64,000 nucleotides of DNA from Terriglobia bacterium. GTDB lineage: Bacteria > Acidobacteriota > Polarisedimenticolia > Polarisedimenticolales > JAIQFR01. Of the stretch, positions 19,223 to 28,623 are shown in pieces. The notes under the pieces were generated by a model. The model had not been told where the DNA came from and ran no database searches. It saw nothing but the letters and a program-made list of their open reading frames with translations. Location: NCBI GenBank assembly GCA_963748015.1, contig CAVVHE010000008.1:704001-768000 (forward strand). The letters run 5' to 3'. The number at the start of each line of letters is the position of its first letter. Positions within the stretch are counted from its first letter, which is position 1. The translations under genes and the position numbers were made by a program.

Positions 19223-19578
19223 ACTCCCGCAGCCGCGCCGTCAGGGCGCTTCTCCTGACCTGCGCCGTCGCTCTCGCCTTCCTCCCCTGGCGCCCGGCGC
19301 TGGCCGACCTCGGCTCGAAGGCCGACAGGGTGTCCGGTAGCGCCATCACGATCGGGAGAACGGTCCCCCTCACCGCGATCGGGGACGATCCGGACCCCGT
19401 GCCGATGGGTGCTCTCGCTTCGCCCGATCCCGGCCGGCCCGCCGTCGCCCCGTCTCGCTTCGCGGACTGGAGTCAGCGCCTCGCGATGGTCCTGTCCGCC
19501 ATCACCGGCGTCCCGCCCTCGACGTGGACGCCTCTTCCGAGCGGCGATTCGTCACCGCGATTGCGCGCGCAGCATTGA
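19219..19578 (+). CDS. Small secreted hypothetical protein, translationally coupled to the XRE-TPR gene
   Basis: GGAGGTG RBS, ATGA overlap, Sec signal ending ALA. Confidence 0.6.
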   Translation: MNSRSRAVRALLLTCAVALAFLPWRPALADLGSKADRVSGSAITIGRTVPLTAIGDDPDPVPMGALASPDPGRPAVAPSRFADWSQRLAMVLSAITGVPPSTWTPLPSGDSSPRLRAQH

Positions 19579-20817
19579 CGGCGTGACGGGCCGCTCCAGG
19601 ATGTCGAAGAACCGCTTCGCGCGGTCCGGGCCGCCGCCGAGGTAGGCCTTCACCAGGTCCTCGCCGGCGGTGTAGGTGTACTCGTAGGCCCGGTAGGTCT
19701 TCGCGAACGCGATCGACTTCCGCGCGCGGGCCTCGTCCTCCAGCCCGTAGCGGCGCAGGAAAGCCAGGACCTCCGTCTCGCTCTTCTCCTCGTCGAGGAG
19801 CATCCGCGCGGCCTCTCCGGAGACGTACCGGAGCGGCTCCATCGCCTTGCGCACCTCCTCCGCCTTCTCGAAGTCGAGGCCGGTGAGGCCGGCGATGGGC
19901 GCCAGGACTTCCCTCTCGAAGGCGAGCCGCTCGGCGTCGGTCATGACCAGCTCGATCCCGGCGTTCGCGGTCCCCTCCGAGATCACCGAGTTCGGCGAGA
20001 ACAGCGGGGCCACCGTGAACTCCTTCCAGCCCTTGCCCCGGACCAGCTTCTGCTCCACGAGGGCGTTATAGGTGTGGTGCCCGGGGTACCCCTCGTGCGC
20101 CAGCGTGCTCAGGAGCGACACGAGGTTCACCGGCAGGTCGGTGTTCACGTCGATCAGGCTCGACAGGTTTCCCTGGTACCAGTTGTAGGCGCCCCACGGC
20201 TTGCCGGCCACGAGGGAGACGCGGAACGACTCGCCCGGGGGAAGCTGGACCATGGTCGAGGTGCGGCGGCGCAGTTCGGCAAGACAGGCGTCGGCGACCT
20301 TCGGCAGGCGATCCGGGGGCACGGTGAACTTGTCCCGGAATCCCTTGAGGCGCGCGGCGAGATCTCCTTCCCCCGGCAGCAGCGCCTCGAGGCGGGTCAT
20401 GGCGGCCTCGAGCTCCTGCGGGCGCGGGGCCGGCGGCGCGATGTCGTAGAGGAGGCGGGCCTCGTCGGCGAGGGTCAGCCGTTCTCCCGAGAGGCGGCGC
20501 AGGAACGCCTCCACGGACACGAGCTGTTTCTCGAGGGAATCGCGCCGGTCCGAAGGGGCCGCCGCCCGTACTCGCGCGAGCAGCTCCCGCGTCCGGCCAA
20601 GCAACTCGTTCAGGGGAACGGGGTTGCCCTTTCGCGCGGCTTCCTCCCAAGCCTTCGGCCCGTAGTAGGCGTCCACGTAGTCCGCGTCGTGCCGGCCGAT
20701 CGCGAGCGCCAGCTTGACGTACTCCTCCGCGGAAGCATCGAGCGGATCGCGGGGGGCGCAGCCCGCGAGCAGCGCGGCGGCGGCCGCGACGACGACGACG
20801 AACGGCATCGAGCGCAT
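19552..20817 (-). CDS. Lipoprotein, DUF885-like zinc metallopeptidase
   Basis: LLAGC lipobox; AHEGYPGHH and downstream SEG motif. Confidence 0.78.
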   Translation of the reverse strand: MRSMPFVVVVAAAAALLAGCAPRDPLDASAEEYVKLALAIGRHDADYVDAYYGPKAWEEAARKGNPVPLNELLGRTRELLARVRAAAPSDRRDSLEKQLVSVEAFLRRLSGERLTLADEARLLYDIAPPAPRPQELEAAMTRLEALLPGEGDLAARLKGFRDKFTVPPDRLPKVADACLAELRRRTSTMVQLPPGESFRVSLVAGKPWGAYNWYQGNLSSLIDVNTDLPVNLVSLLSTLAHEGYPGHHTYNALVEQKLVRGKGWKEFTVAPLFSPNSVISEGTANAGIELVMTDAERLAFEREVLAPIAGLTGLDFEKAEEVRKAMEPLRYVSGEAARMLLDEEKSETEVLAFLRRYGLEDEARARKSIAFAKTYRAYEYTYTAGEDLVKAYLGGGPDRAKRFFDILERPVTPSMLRAQSR

Positions 20818-20940
20818 CCTGGATCCCTCCCCGGAGAAGACTACCCGCCGCGGGCCCGCGGATCAATCCGTCGCGCGAGCCAGGCTTCCAACCGATCGGC
20901 GCGGCGTGTAGGATCCCCTGAAGAGAGGGGAGGGCAGCGC

Positions 20941-22647
20941 ATGGAAGCACCCTGGTGCCGTTTCCGCGACAAGGGCGTTCCCGGTACGATCGACATTCCG
21001 GACTGGACGGTCCCCGATCTCCTCGATCGCGCCGCGGAGAAGTTCGCGGACCACATTGCCCTCCAGTTCCACGTGGACGCCAAGCTCTCTCCGTCGTCCA
21101 TGACCTACCGGCAGCTACACGACCAGACCCTGCGCTTCGCAACCGCGCTGTTCCAGCTCGGCGTGCGCAAGGGGGACCGGGTCGCGATCATGTTGCCGAA
21201 CTGCCCGCAGTTCGTCGTGGCGTTCTTCGGGGCGCTGCGCTTAGGCGCGATCGTGGTGAACACGAACCCCCTCTACGTCTCCCGGGAGATGCGCGAGCAG
21301 TTCGAGGACTCCGCGTGCGAGACGGTCATCCTCCTCGACCAGTTCTTCCCGCGGCTCCGGGAGATCCAGGCGGCTACGCGCATCCGCCGGGTGATCGTCG
21401 TGGACGTGGCGGGCACGCTGCCGTGGCCGGCGCGCACGCTGGTGCACCTGGTGCAGCGCAAGCGCGGCGAGTACGTGAAGATCCACCGCCAGTCGGACAT
21501 CTACCACTTCTCGCACCTCCTCGCGAAGTACCCCGCGAGCCCTCCGGGCGCGTCGCTTCGCCCTTCCGACACGGCGGTCTTCCAGTACACCGGCGGGACC
21601 ACGGGGGTGCCGAAGGCCGCGATGCTGACCCACCGGAACCTCGTGGCGAACGCCCTGCAGCTCGAGGCGCTCTTCGCCGGCTTCGAGCCCGGGAAGGAGG
21701 TCTTCATGGCCGCCGTCCCGTTCTTCCACGTCTACGGGATGACGACCTGCATGGTCCTCGCGACGCACCTCGGGGCGGAGATCGCGATCATCCCGAGGCC
21801 GCGCCCGGTGGAGCTCGTCATGCACGTGGTGCAGAAGCGGCGGGCGACCGTGTTCCCGGGGGTCCCGACCCTCTACAACGCCATCAACCACCACCCCCGC
21901 GTGAACGACTTCGACCTGCGCAGCGTGAAGTTCTGCGTCAGCGGCGCGGCCCCGCTCCCCAAGGAGGTGCAGGACAGCTTCGAGAAGCTGACGGGGGGCA
22001 AGCTTGTCGAGGGATACGGCCTAACCGAGGCGTCGCCGGTCACTCACGCGAACCCGATCTACGGCATGCGGAAGGCGGGGAGCATCGGGATCCCGGTCCC
22101 CGGGGTGGACGCCAGGATCGTGGACCCCGAGACTCGCGAGCCGATGCCGCCGGGGCAGGACGGCGAGCTGGCGGTCCGCGGGCCGCAGGTCATGAAGGGG
22201 TACTGGAACCGTCCCATCGAGACCGCCTCGGCGATCGCGGACGACTGGCTCCTGACCGGGGACATCGCCCGGATGGACGAGGACGGCTACTTCTACATCG
22301 TGGACCGCAAGAAGGAGATGATCGACGTCTCCGGGTTCAAGGTCCTTCCTCGCGAGGTCGAGGAGGTGCTGTACATGCACCCGAAGGTGTTCGAGGCCGT
22401 CGCGGCGGGCGTCCCGGACCCGCACCGCGGCGAGACCGTGAAGGCGTGGGTCGTCCTCAAGGAGGGGCAGCAGGCGACCGCCGACGAGATCATCGACTTC
22501 TGCAAGCTGCACTTGGCACCCTTCAAGATCCCCCGGCACGTGGAGTTCCGCTCCGAGCTTCCCAAGACCATGGTCGGGAAGTTCCTGCGGCGGGTGCTGG
22601 TCGAGGAAGAGAAGGCTAAGCTCGAGGGCGGCGCGAGCGTCACCTAG
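20941..22647 (+). CDS. fadD: Long-chain fatty acid-CoA ligase
   Basis: YTGGTTGVPKA, EGYGLTE, TGD, PKTMVGK. Confidence 0.9.
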   Translation: MEAPWCRFRDKGVPGTIDIPDWTVPDLLDRAAEKFADHIALQFHVDAKLSPSSMTYRQLHDQTLRFATALFQLGVRKGDRVAIMLPNCPQFVVAFFGALRLGAIVVNTNPLYVSREMREQFEDSACETVILLDQFFPRLREIQAATRIRRVIVVDVAGTLPWPARTLVHLVQRKRGEYVKIHRQSDIYHFSHLLAKYPASPPGASLRPSDTAVFQYTGGTTGVPKAAMLTHRNLVANALQLEALFAGFEPGKEVFMAAVPFFHVYGMTTCMVLATHLGAEIAIIPRPRPVELVMHVVQKRRATVFPGVPTLYNAINHHPRVNDFDLRSVKFCVSGAAPLPKEVQDSFEKLTGGKLVEGYGLTEASPVTHANPIYGMRKAGSIGIPVPGVDARIVDPETREPMPPGQDGELAVRGPQVMKGYWNRPIETASAIADDWLLTGDIARMDEDGYFYIVDRKKEMIDVSGFKVLPREVEEVLYMHPKVFEAVAAGVPDPHRGETVKAWVVLKEGQQATADEIIDFCKLHLAPFKIPRHVEFRSELPKTMVGKFLRRVLVEEEKAKLEGGASVT

Positions 22648-22725
22648 CCCAGCGCGCGGCCGTGCAGGGGTCCCCGTCGCCTCGGGCATTGTCGCCGCGG
22701 GGTGATCCACGGACGATCGCGGGAA

Positions 22726-22758
22726 AGCGACGGCAACCGTCTTTCGGTTGCCGTCGCT
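22726..22758. terminator. Hairpin between convergent genes
   Basis: AGCGACGGCAACCG-tcttt-CGGTTGCCGTCGCT perfect 14-bp stem. Confidence 0.7.
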
Positions 22759-22764
22759 CGCCGT

Positions 22765-23976
22765 TCAGAACGCGAAGTCGAGACGCAGGGTGAAGTAGTC
22801 CTCGGTGGCGTCGGGCAGGTTCGTTGCCCGGTAGCTCGTGGTGCGGTTCGAGTACTCGACGTGCAGGGCGATCTGGTCCTCGAAGTAGTAGCGGAGGCCG
22901 GCGGTGTAACGCGTGAGGGAGTCCTCGATGGAGACGTCGGGAGGGCTCACCCAGTCGTAGCGCGCGAAGCAGACGAAGTCGGTCCGCGGCTGGTAGAGGA
23001 GCTCGCCGAAGCCGCCGGAGTAGGTGGGGTCGCTCGTGGCTCCGGGCCAGAAGACCTTGCTGTCCTCGGCGTAGAGGTACTGGAGGGAGAGGTTCACCTG
23101 CCTGAAGTTGAGGCTCGCGTCGAGGCCGTAGCGCGTGAAGGTCTCCCGCGAGTCGGGTCCCTCGACGATCCACGGACGGGCCTTACCCTGGTACGCGATC
23201 ACCCCGAGCCGGTGACCGGCGGTCTGTCCCTCGCCGGCGCCGATCACGGCGTCGAACCGCGCGTAGAAGTCCGAAGGGGAGTCGTCCGACTGGCTGCTGT
23301 TCGATCCGTCGAGGATGCCCGCGGCGTAGTGAAGCCCCTTCCCTCCTCGCCCGAAGACCTCGATGCCGGTCTGCGTCTCGGAGAGCGGGATGCCGTCCGC
23401 GAACGTGTAGTCGTAGATCTCGTACGGGGAGACGGTGAGCCGGCGCTTCACGCTGAAGCCCACTAAATCCGGCTCGAACCGGCCCGCGCGGACGTTGAGC
23501 CAGCTCGAGCGGGCAAGGCGCGCGAAGACGGCGTTGGCCGACTCGAGCGTTCCTTCCTGGGGCGCGACGCCGCGGGTCCCCTCGTTGATCTGGGGCGTGT
23601 ACACCGCGAAGTAGCCCACGTTCGAGCCGAGCAGGCCGGCCGAGAGGATGTCGAGCCCCTCGAGGCGGAACTCATTGACGTCGGAGGCGTCGGAGTTGTT
23701 GAACGAGTCGTAGACGTAGCCCGCGCTGGTCCGGAGCGCGATCGGCGTGGGACTGTTCAGCACCGTGCGCTCCTCGTTCTCGCGGCCCGGGAGGCGGTAG
23801 CCGTTCTCGCGGTAGTTCGAGCCGAAATCGTTGAGCCGCGGGAAGGCGGAATGGCACATCGTGCAGTTGAACCCGTACTTCCGGGCGAACGCCGGGATGG
23901 CGCGGGATTCCCCCGGCCAGGCCACGGCGAGCAGCACCAGGGCGAGGAGCGGAACGGAGAGAGCCGCGCGCTTCAT
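22765..23976 (-). CDS. Cyc2-like monoheme cytochrome c-porin fusion
   Basis: Signal peptide, AIPAFARKYGFNCTMCHSAFPRLNDFG..GY, beta-barrel body ending LDFAF. Confidence 0.8.
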   Translation of the reverse strand: MKRAALSVPLLALVLLAVAWPGESRAIPAFARKYGFNCTMCHSAFPRLNDFGSNYRENGYRLPGRENEERTVLNSPTPIALRTSAGYVYDSFNNSDASDVNEFRLEGLDILSAGLLGSNVGYFAVYTPQINEGTRGVAPQEGTLESANAVFARLARSSWLNVRAGRFEPDLVGFSVKRRLTVSPYEIYDYTFADGIPLSETQTGIEVFGRGGKGLHYAAGILDGSNSSQSDDSPSDFYARFDAVIGAGEGQTAGHRLGVIAYQGKARPWIVEGPDSRETFTRYGLDASLNFRQVNLSLQYLYAEDSKVFWPGATSDPTYSGGFGELLYQPRTDFVCFARYDWVSPPDVSIEDSLTRYTAGLRYYFEDQIALHVEYSNRTTSYRATNLPDATEDYFTLRLDFAF

Positions 23977-25013
23977 CGTGCACCTCCCTGCGAGGGCGAG
24001 TCCTCCGGCAGTGCCGGCTTCTTGATCGCGGGCAGGGTACCGGTGAGAGCCTCCATGAACGCCACGAGATCGGCCTTCTCGCTCGCGGTCAGCCTGAGCG
24101 GCAGCATGAGCGGGTCGAGATCGGGGTTCGCCTCCCCGCCGCGATCGTAGACCCCGACCACGTCCATGAGCGTCTTCGCCGAGCCGTCGTGGAGGTAGGG
24201 GCCGGTGAGGGCGACGTTGCGCAGCCCGGGGGTCTTGAACTTCCCGCGGTCCGCGGGATTCTTCGTGTGGGCCTCGCGGCCGAGATCGGGATTGGGCTTG
24301 CCCATCCCGACGCCGAGGTTGTGGAAGGACTGGTCGGAGAACGCCGGGCCGCTGTGGCAGGGCGTGCAGTGGGCCTTGCCGTTGAAGAGATTCATTCCCC
24401 GGACGGCGGCCGCGCTCATCGCGCTCTTCTCGCCGAGGAGGTACCGGTCGTAGGGGGACGGGCCGGAAACGACCGTGCGCTCGAAGGCGGCGATCGCCTT
24501 GGCGATCCCGTCGGTGTCCACGTCGGTCCCGAAGACCTCCTTGAACTGGGCGCGGTAGCCGGGGATCGCGTTGAGCTTCTTCACCACGTTCTCGAGGGTC
24601 TCGCCCATCTCGATCGGGTTGTGGATCGGCCCGAGGGCCTGCTCCTCGAGGGAGCCCGCTCGGCCGTCCCAGAACTGGAATCGCATGTAGGCGGAGTCGA
24701 GGATCGTACCGGAGTTCCTCCCGCCGACCTGCCCCTTGATCCCCGTGTCGGTCGGGTCGTGGTTCGCCCACGCGGCGTCGGGTTTGTGGCACGTGGCGCA
24801 GCTGATCGTGTTGTCCGCGGAGAGCCGCGGGTCGAAGTAGAGCTGGGCCCCGAGACGGACCTTGGCGTCGGTCTGCGGGTTGTCCGGCGGCACCGGGACG
24901 GGGGGTAGCGGGCCGTTCGAAAGGAACCCGCCCCCGGCGTGGGCCGCCGGCAACCGGGCCGCGGCGGCCAGGAGAAGCGCGGCGAGCAGGACAACCGGAA
25001 CACGTCGTCGCAT
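23973..25013 (-). CDS. Diheme cytochrome c peroxidase/MauG family protein
   Basis: CATCH and CTPCH, QFWDGRA, NPIEM, FKTPGLRNV..PYLHDG. Confidence 0.93.
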   Translation of the reverse strand: MRRRVPVVLLAALLLAAAARLPAAHAGGGFLSNGPLPPVPVPPDNPQTDAKVRLGAQLYFDPRLSADNTISCATCHKPDAAWANHDPTDTGIKGQVGGRNSGTILDSAYMRFQFWDGRAGSLEEQALGPIHNPIEMGETLENVVKKLNAIPGYRAQFKEVFGTDVDTDGIAKAIAAFERTVVSGPSPYDRYLLGEKSAMSAAAVRGMNLFNGKAHCTPCHSGPAFSDQSFHNLGVGMGKPNPDLGREAHTKNPADRGKFKTPGLRNVALTGPYLHDGSAKTLMDVVGVYDRGGEANPDLDPLMLPLRLTASEKADLVAFMEALTGTLPAIKKPALPEDSPSQGGAR

Positions 25014-25164
25014 CAGACCCCCTTTTCCCTCGCGGCCGGGATCCGTCGTCGCGGCTGCCCGGCCGGCAGGATGCGCTGGGCCGTCGAGGAAGGCCCGACG
25101 GCGAATGGGGGCGATTCTATCAACGACGACGACCGCGGAGAAGATCGGGAGCAGAAGAAAAGGA

Positions 25165-26283
25165 TCAGCCGGCGATGGGATGGAGGCCGAACAGCCTCCC
25201 GGCGAGGACTCTTCGCCGGAGGACGGGGACCCCGATGACGGCGGGCACCACGACGGGAAGAAGGGGACGAACGGCGGTCGCCGCCGCGCGCCGGATGCGC
25301 CCCGGCCTGCCGTAGCGGGCGAGGACGCGGGTCACGTAGGGGGAAAGCGTTTCGCGAGAGATGCCCCCGCCCGAGCGGAGCGCTTCGAGGATCGTCGCGG
25401 CGGCATCGAGGCCGGTCTCGATCGCGGTGCGGATACCCTCGCCGGAGACCCGCGCCGCGAAGCCTCCGGCGTCCCCCACGAGAAGCCATCGGTCTCCGGC
25501 CGTTCCTGCCGCGCCGCCCGGGTCGTAAACGCGGTACGCGTGGCCGCGGGCGCGTTCGAGGAACTTCGCATCCAGGACTCCCCGGCGCTCGAGGCCGGCG
25601 AGCAGCCCGTTCCACCGCGACCGCACGTCGCCGTAAAAGCCTCCGATGCCGGCGTTGAGGTACTCGCCCTTGGCCACGACCCAGGCGTATCCGCGTAGGT
25701 CCGCCTGGACGATCAGCTCCATCCTCCCGGACAGCGGCCCCTTTGCCAGCGCCGGACCGATGCGAGTCTCGCTCTCGATCGCCGCGACCACGGGGTCGCT
25801 GCGCCGGAAGCCGGCCCGCCGCGCCAGCGGGCAGAAGTGGCCCCCGGCCCCGACGGCGACGGGGGCCCGCCACGTGCGACCCCCGGCCTCGGCCTCGACC
25901 CCGTCCTCGCGGAGCTCGACGCGCTCGACGCCGGCGCGCTCGACGACCGCGGCCCCGGCCGTTGCCGCCTCCCGGAGGATCCGGTGGTCGAACTCCCTGC
26001 GCAGGATGCCGAAGCTGACGGTCTCGCCGAAGTCGGTCTCCCGCGTCGTCGAGCCCGACCGCACGACGAGGCCGCGAAAGGGCTGGAGGGTCCCCTCGTA
26101 GTCCTCGGCGCGCCAGCCGAGCAGGGGAAGCACCTCGGGGGTGATCCAGCCGGCGCACGGCTTGGGGCGGGGGAACGCCGCCCGGTCGAGCAGGGCGACG
26201 GCCACCCCCGCGCGGGCCAGCTCGCGGGCGCAGGTGGCGCCGGCGGGGCCGCCGCCTACGACGAGGACGTCGGGCGAGCTCAC
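25165..26283 (-). CDS. Geranylgeranyl reductase-family FAD oxidoreductase
   Basis: VVGGGPAG, FPRPKPCAG, RREFD, GYAW, VGDAGG..SGEGI. Confidence 0.88.
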   Translation of the reverse strand: MSSPDVLVVGGGPAGATCARELARAGVAVALLDRAAFPRPKPCAGWITPEVLPLLGWRAEDYEGTLQPFRGLVVRSGSTTRETDFGETVSFGILRREFDHRILREAATAGAAVVERAGVERVELREDGVEAEAGGRTWRAPVAVGAGGHFCPLARRAGFRRSDPVVAAIESETRIGPALAKGPLSGRMELIVQADLRGYAWVVAKGEYLNAGIGGFYGDVRSRWNGLLAGLERRGVLDAKFLERARGHAYRVYDPGGAAGTAGDRWLLVGDAGGFAARVSGEGIRTAIETGLDAAATILEALRSGGGISRETLSPYVTRVLARYGRPGRIRRAAATAVRPLLPVVVPAVIGVPVLRRRVLAGRLFGLHPIAG

Positions 26284-26714
26284 CGCGGGGACGCCCGCCT
26301 CGCGGCAAGCGCCAGCGCCCGCCGCGGGCCGAGCAGCCGGAGCGCGAGCATGGCGGCCGGCGACGGCCGCCAGTGGGCGAAGAACCCCTTGATCGCCATC
26401 ACGCAAAGAAGGTCCCCCTCGATCCGCAACCGCCCGTCCGCGTACGCCCGCCCCCACTCGTCGAGGGGCGCGGCGAGGAGCTCCTCGAAGGCGCGCTCCT
26501 CGAGGCGGATCGTGGCGTCGGGCCGGGGGTCGAGGCGGCTCTCGATCGACCAGCGGTCCGGGTCGCGGAAATCGAGGCGCCACGGCTCGACCGACCCGTC
26601 CGCCTTCTCGATCGCGAACTGGAGGCACGAGCCGGTGTAGCCCGCCAGGTGCGGGTGCTCCCGGACCACCGAGGGAAGCAGCGTCCCGAAGAACAGCCGA
26701 GCGGTCTCGCTCAT
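26280..26714 (-). CDS. SCP2 (sterol carrier protein 2)-like lipid-binding protein
   Basis: PDATIRL..AYADGRLRIEGDL signature; overlaps both neighbours by 4 nt. Confidence 0.72.
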   Translation of the reverse strand: MSETARLFFGTLLPSVVREHPHLAGYTGSCLQFAIEKADGSVEPWRLDFRDPDRWSIESRLDPRPDATIRLEERAFEELLAAPLDEWGRAYADGRLRIEGDLLCVMAIKGFFAHWRPSPAAMLALRLLGPRRALALAARRASPR

Positions 26715-27613
26715 GGCTCGAGGACCATCGCGCGCCTCGTGAGCGGCCGCTCGGGGCGCGCCGAGTAGGGAACGAACGGGCGGGCGAGGATCTGGTAGAC
26801 GTGGTTGTGGTTGCCGGCGAACGACTTCGCGGAGCCCGCGAGGTAGAGCTTGTAGTACCGGATCGTGGCCCGGTCCGCGATCCCTTCCGCCACGAGCTTC
26901 TCCTCGGCGGCCTCGAGGTTCCGGAGCCAGCGCTCGCAGGTGAGGGCGTAGTGGTCCGTCAGGGACTCCACGTCGAGCACCTCGAAATCCTCCTCCTCGA
27001 GGGCCGCGACGTGGTAACCGAGCGGCTTCAGCTCGCCCACCGGGAAGATGTAGGTCTTGAGGAACTCCCAGCTCCCCGTACCGGGGAGCTTCTCCACGGG
27101 GCGCGGCGTCATGATCGAGTGGAGGAGCACGAGCCCGCCGGGCCGCGTGTACTCCCGCAGGCGGCGGAAGAACGGGGGCTTGTCCTCCACGTGCTCGCTC
27201 ATGCCGATCACCGCGACCTTGTCCCAGGGCCGGTCCACGGGGAGACTCGCCCCGTCGGCCTCTACGACCTCGACGCGGCCGCCGAGACCCCGCCGTTCCA
27301 CCTCGGTCCGGATGTGGCGAACTTGCTCCTCCGCGAGGTTGACCGCGGTCACGGCGCAGCCTCGCTCCTCCGCGGCGTGGAACGCGAAGTTCCCCCAGCC
27401 GCAGCCGAGGTCGAGCACTCGGTCGCCCGGCTCGAGTTCGAGCTTGCGCGCGACGAGCTCCAGCTTGTGCCTCGCCGCCTCCTCGAGCGATTCGTCCGGG
27501 CGCATGAAGTAGCAGCAGGTGTACGTGAGCGTCGGCCCGTCGAGGAACGCTCGAAAGAAGTCGTTCGACAGCGAGTAGTGGTGGTCGAGGCCTTCCTTCA
27601 GCTTGGCGGCCAT
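26711..27613 (-). CDS. Cyclopropane-fatty-acid synthase-like SAM methyltransferase
   Basis: HYSLSNDFF, YTCCYF, VLDLGCGWG, GMSEHV, YIFP, HYALT. Confidence 0.92.
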   Translation of the reverse strand: MAAKLKEGLDHHYSLSNDFFRAFLDGPTLTYTCCYFMRPDESLEEAARHKLELVARKLELEPGDRVLDLGCGWGNFAFHAAEERGCAVTAVNLAEEQVRHIRTEVERRGLGGRVEVVEADGASLPVDRPWDKVAVIGMSEHVEDKPPFFRRLREYTRPGGLVLLHSIMTPRPVEKLPGTGSWEFLKTYIFPVGELKPLGYHVAALEEEDFEVLDVESLTDHYALTCERWLRNLEAAEEKLVAEGIADRATIRYYKLYLAGSAKSFAGNHNHVYQILARPFVPYSARPERPLTRRAMVLEP

Positions 27614-27780
27614 GACACCCTCCGACCCGGAATTGCCTCCAATCTACCACGGGACCGTCTCGCCGTTCGCGTCCTCGCGGGCCGGAGACGTCGAGCCGTG
27701 GCGCGGAGGAACGGGGCGAGGGGTTATCCTGCGGTCGCCCGGATTCGATGACGACCGGCCCCGCGCCGAGAGGAGAGACC

Positions 27781-28221
27781 ATGAAGACCGTCATCGTCGT
27801 CGTGCTGGCCTCGCTGGCCAATGCCGTGGGAGAGGTGCTCGTGAGCCAGGGGATGAAGCGCTTCGGCGAGCGCGATTGGTCGCAGCCATCGGAGTGGCTC
27901 GAGCTGCTGCTGGTGGTGTTGCGGAGCCCACGCGTCCTGGCCGGGGTGGCGTTCATGGCGGGGTTCTTCTACCTCTTCCTCGCCGCACTCACCTGGGCCG
28001 ATCTGAGCTACCTGAACCCCCTGACCGCCACGACCTACGTCTTCACCGCGGCGTTCGCCCGGCTGTTCCTGGGCGAGGAGCTTTCGTGGAGACGGTGGGT
28101 CGGCACGATCATCGTCGTCGCCGGCGTCGCCCTGATCTCGCTCGACACCCCCGCCACCAAGGGGCTGTACGGTCGCGTGGATCCGCCCTCGATGCGGCAG
28201 GGAGCATCGTCCTCTCGGTGA
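27781..28221 (+). CDS. Small EamA/DMT family membrane transporter
   Basis: Four TM helices; ADLSYLNP..LFLGEELSWRRWVG. Confidence 0.8.
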   Translation: MKTVIVVVLASLANAVGEVLVSQGMKRFGERDWSQPSEWLELLLVVLRSPRVLAGVAFMAGFFYLFLAALTWADLSYLNPLTATTYVFTAAFARLFLGEELSWRRWVGTIIVVAGVALISLDTPATKGLYGRVDPPSMRQGASSSR

Positions 28222-28453
28222 GCCCGGCGCGACTTGCCGGAGCGGCGGAAAGGGCCTGTTTTGGCTGAGAAAGCCCGCCGCATTTTTCGCCTTGATTTCG
28301 CCGTAATTTTTCGAGGTCTTGGATTGATCCAAAACGATGGATTCAATTGTGGCCAAGAAAGGGTCGGTATGAGAGGGGAAGGAGAAGAATAGATCTGTTC
28401 AAATCGCTGACCTGTAATGATTTACTCGACAAGTGCCGATCCGATGGCGAGAT

Positions 28454-28469
28454 GGGCAACCGGCTTGCA
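28454..28469 (+). promoter_or_regulatory. Candidate sigma54 (-24/-12) promoter of the porin gene
   Basis: gGGCAaccggcTTGCA (GG-N10-GC) downstream of an AT-rich tract. Confidence 0.45.
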
Positions 28470-28623
28470 ACGGCGGAACCGGGGGGCAAAGCCCCTGAAA
28501 ATGTGTCGGCGACCCGGGCCGGAGCTCCGCGTGCAGTTCCGCTCCGCTTGGGCGCCGCAGGAACGGAACAGGCAAGGCCAGGAATCACCCGAAAATCGGG
28601 GAGGAAAAAGGAGGCAGCGGGTA

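Noticed and set aside
28450..28560. c-di-GMP-I or c-di-AMP riboswitch in the porin leader (GGCAA..GCAAAGCC)
   Set aside because: No convincing GNRA-capped P2/receptor arrangement or TCAGCTAAC-type motif; a sigma54 box explains the GGCAA match
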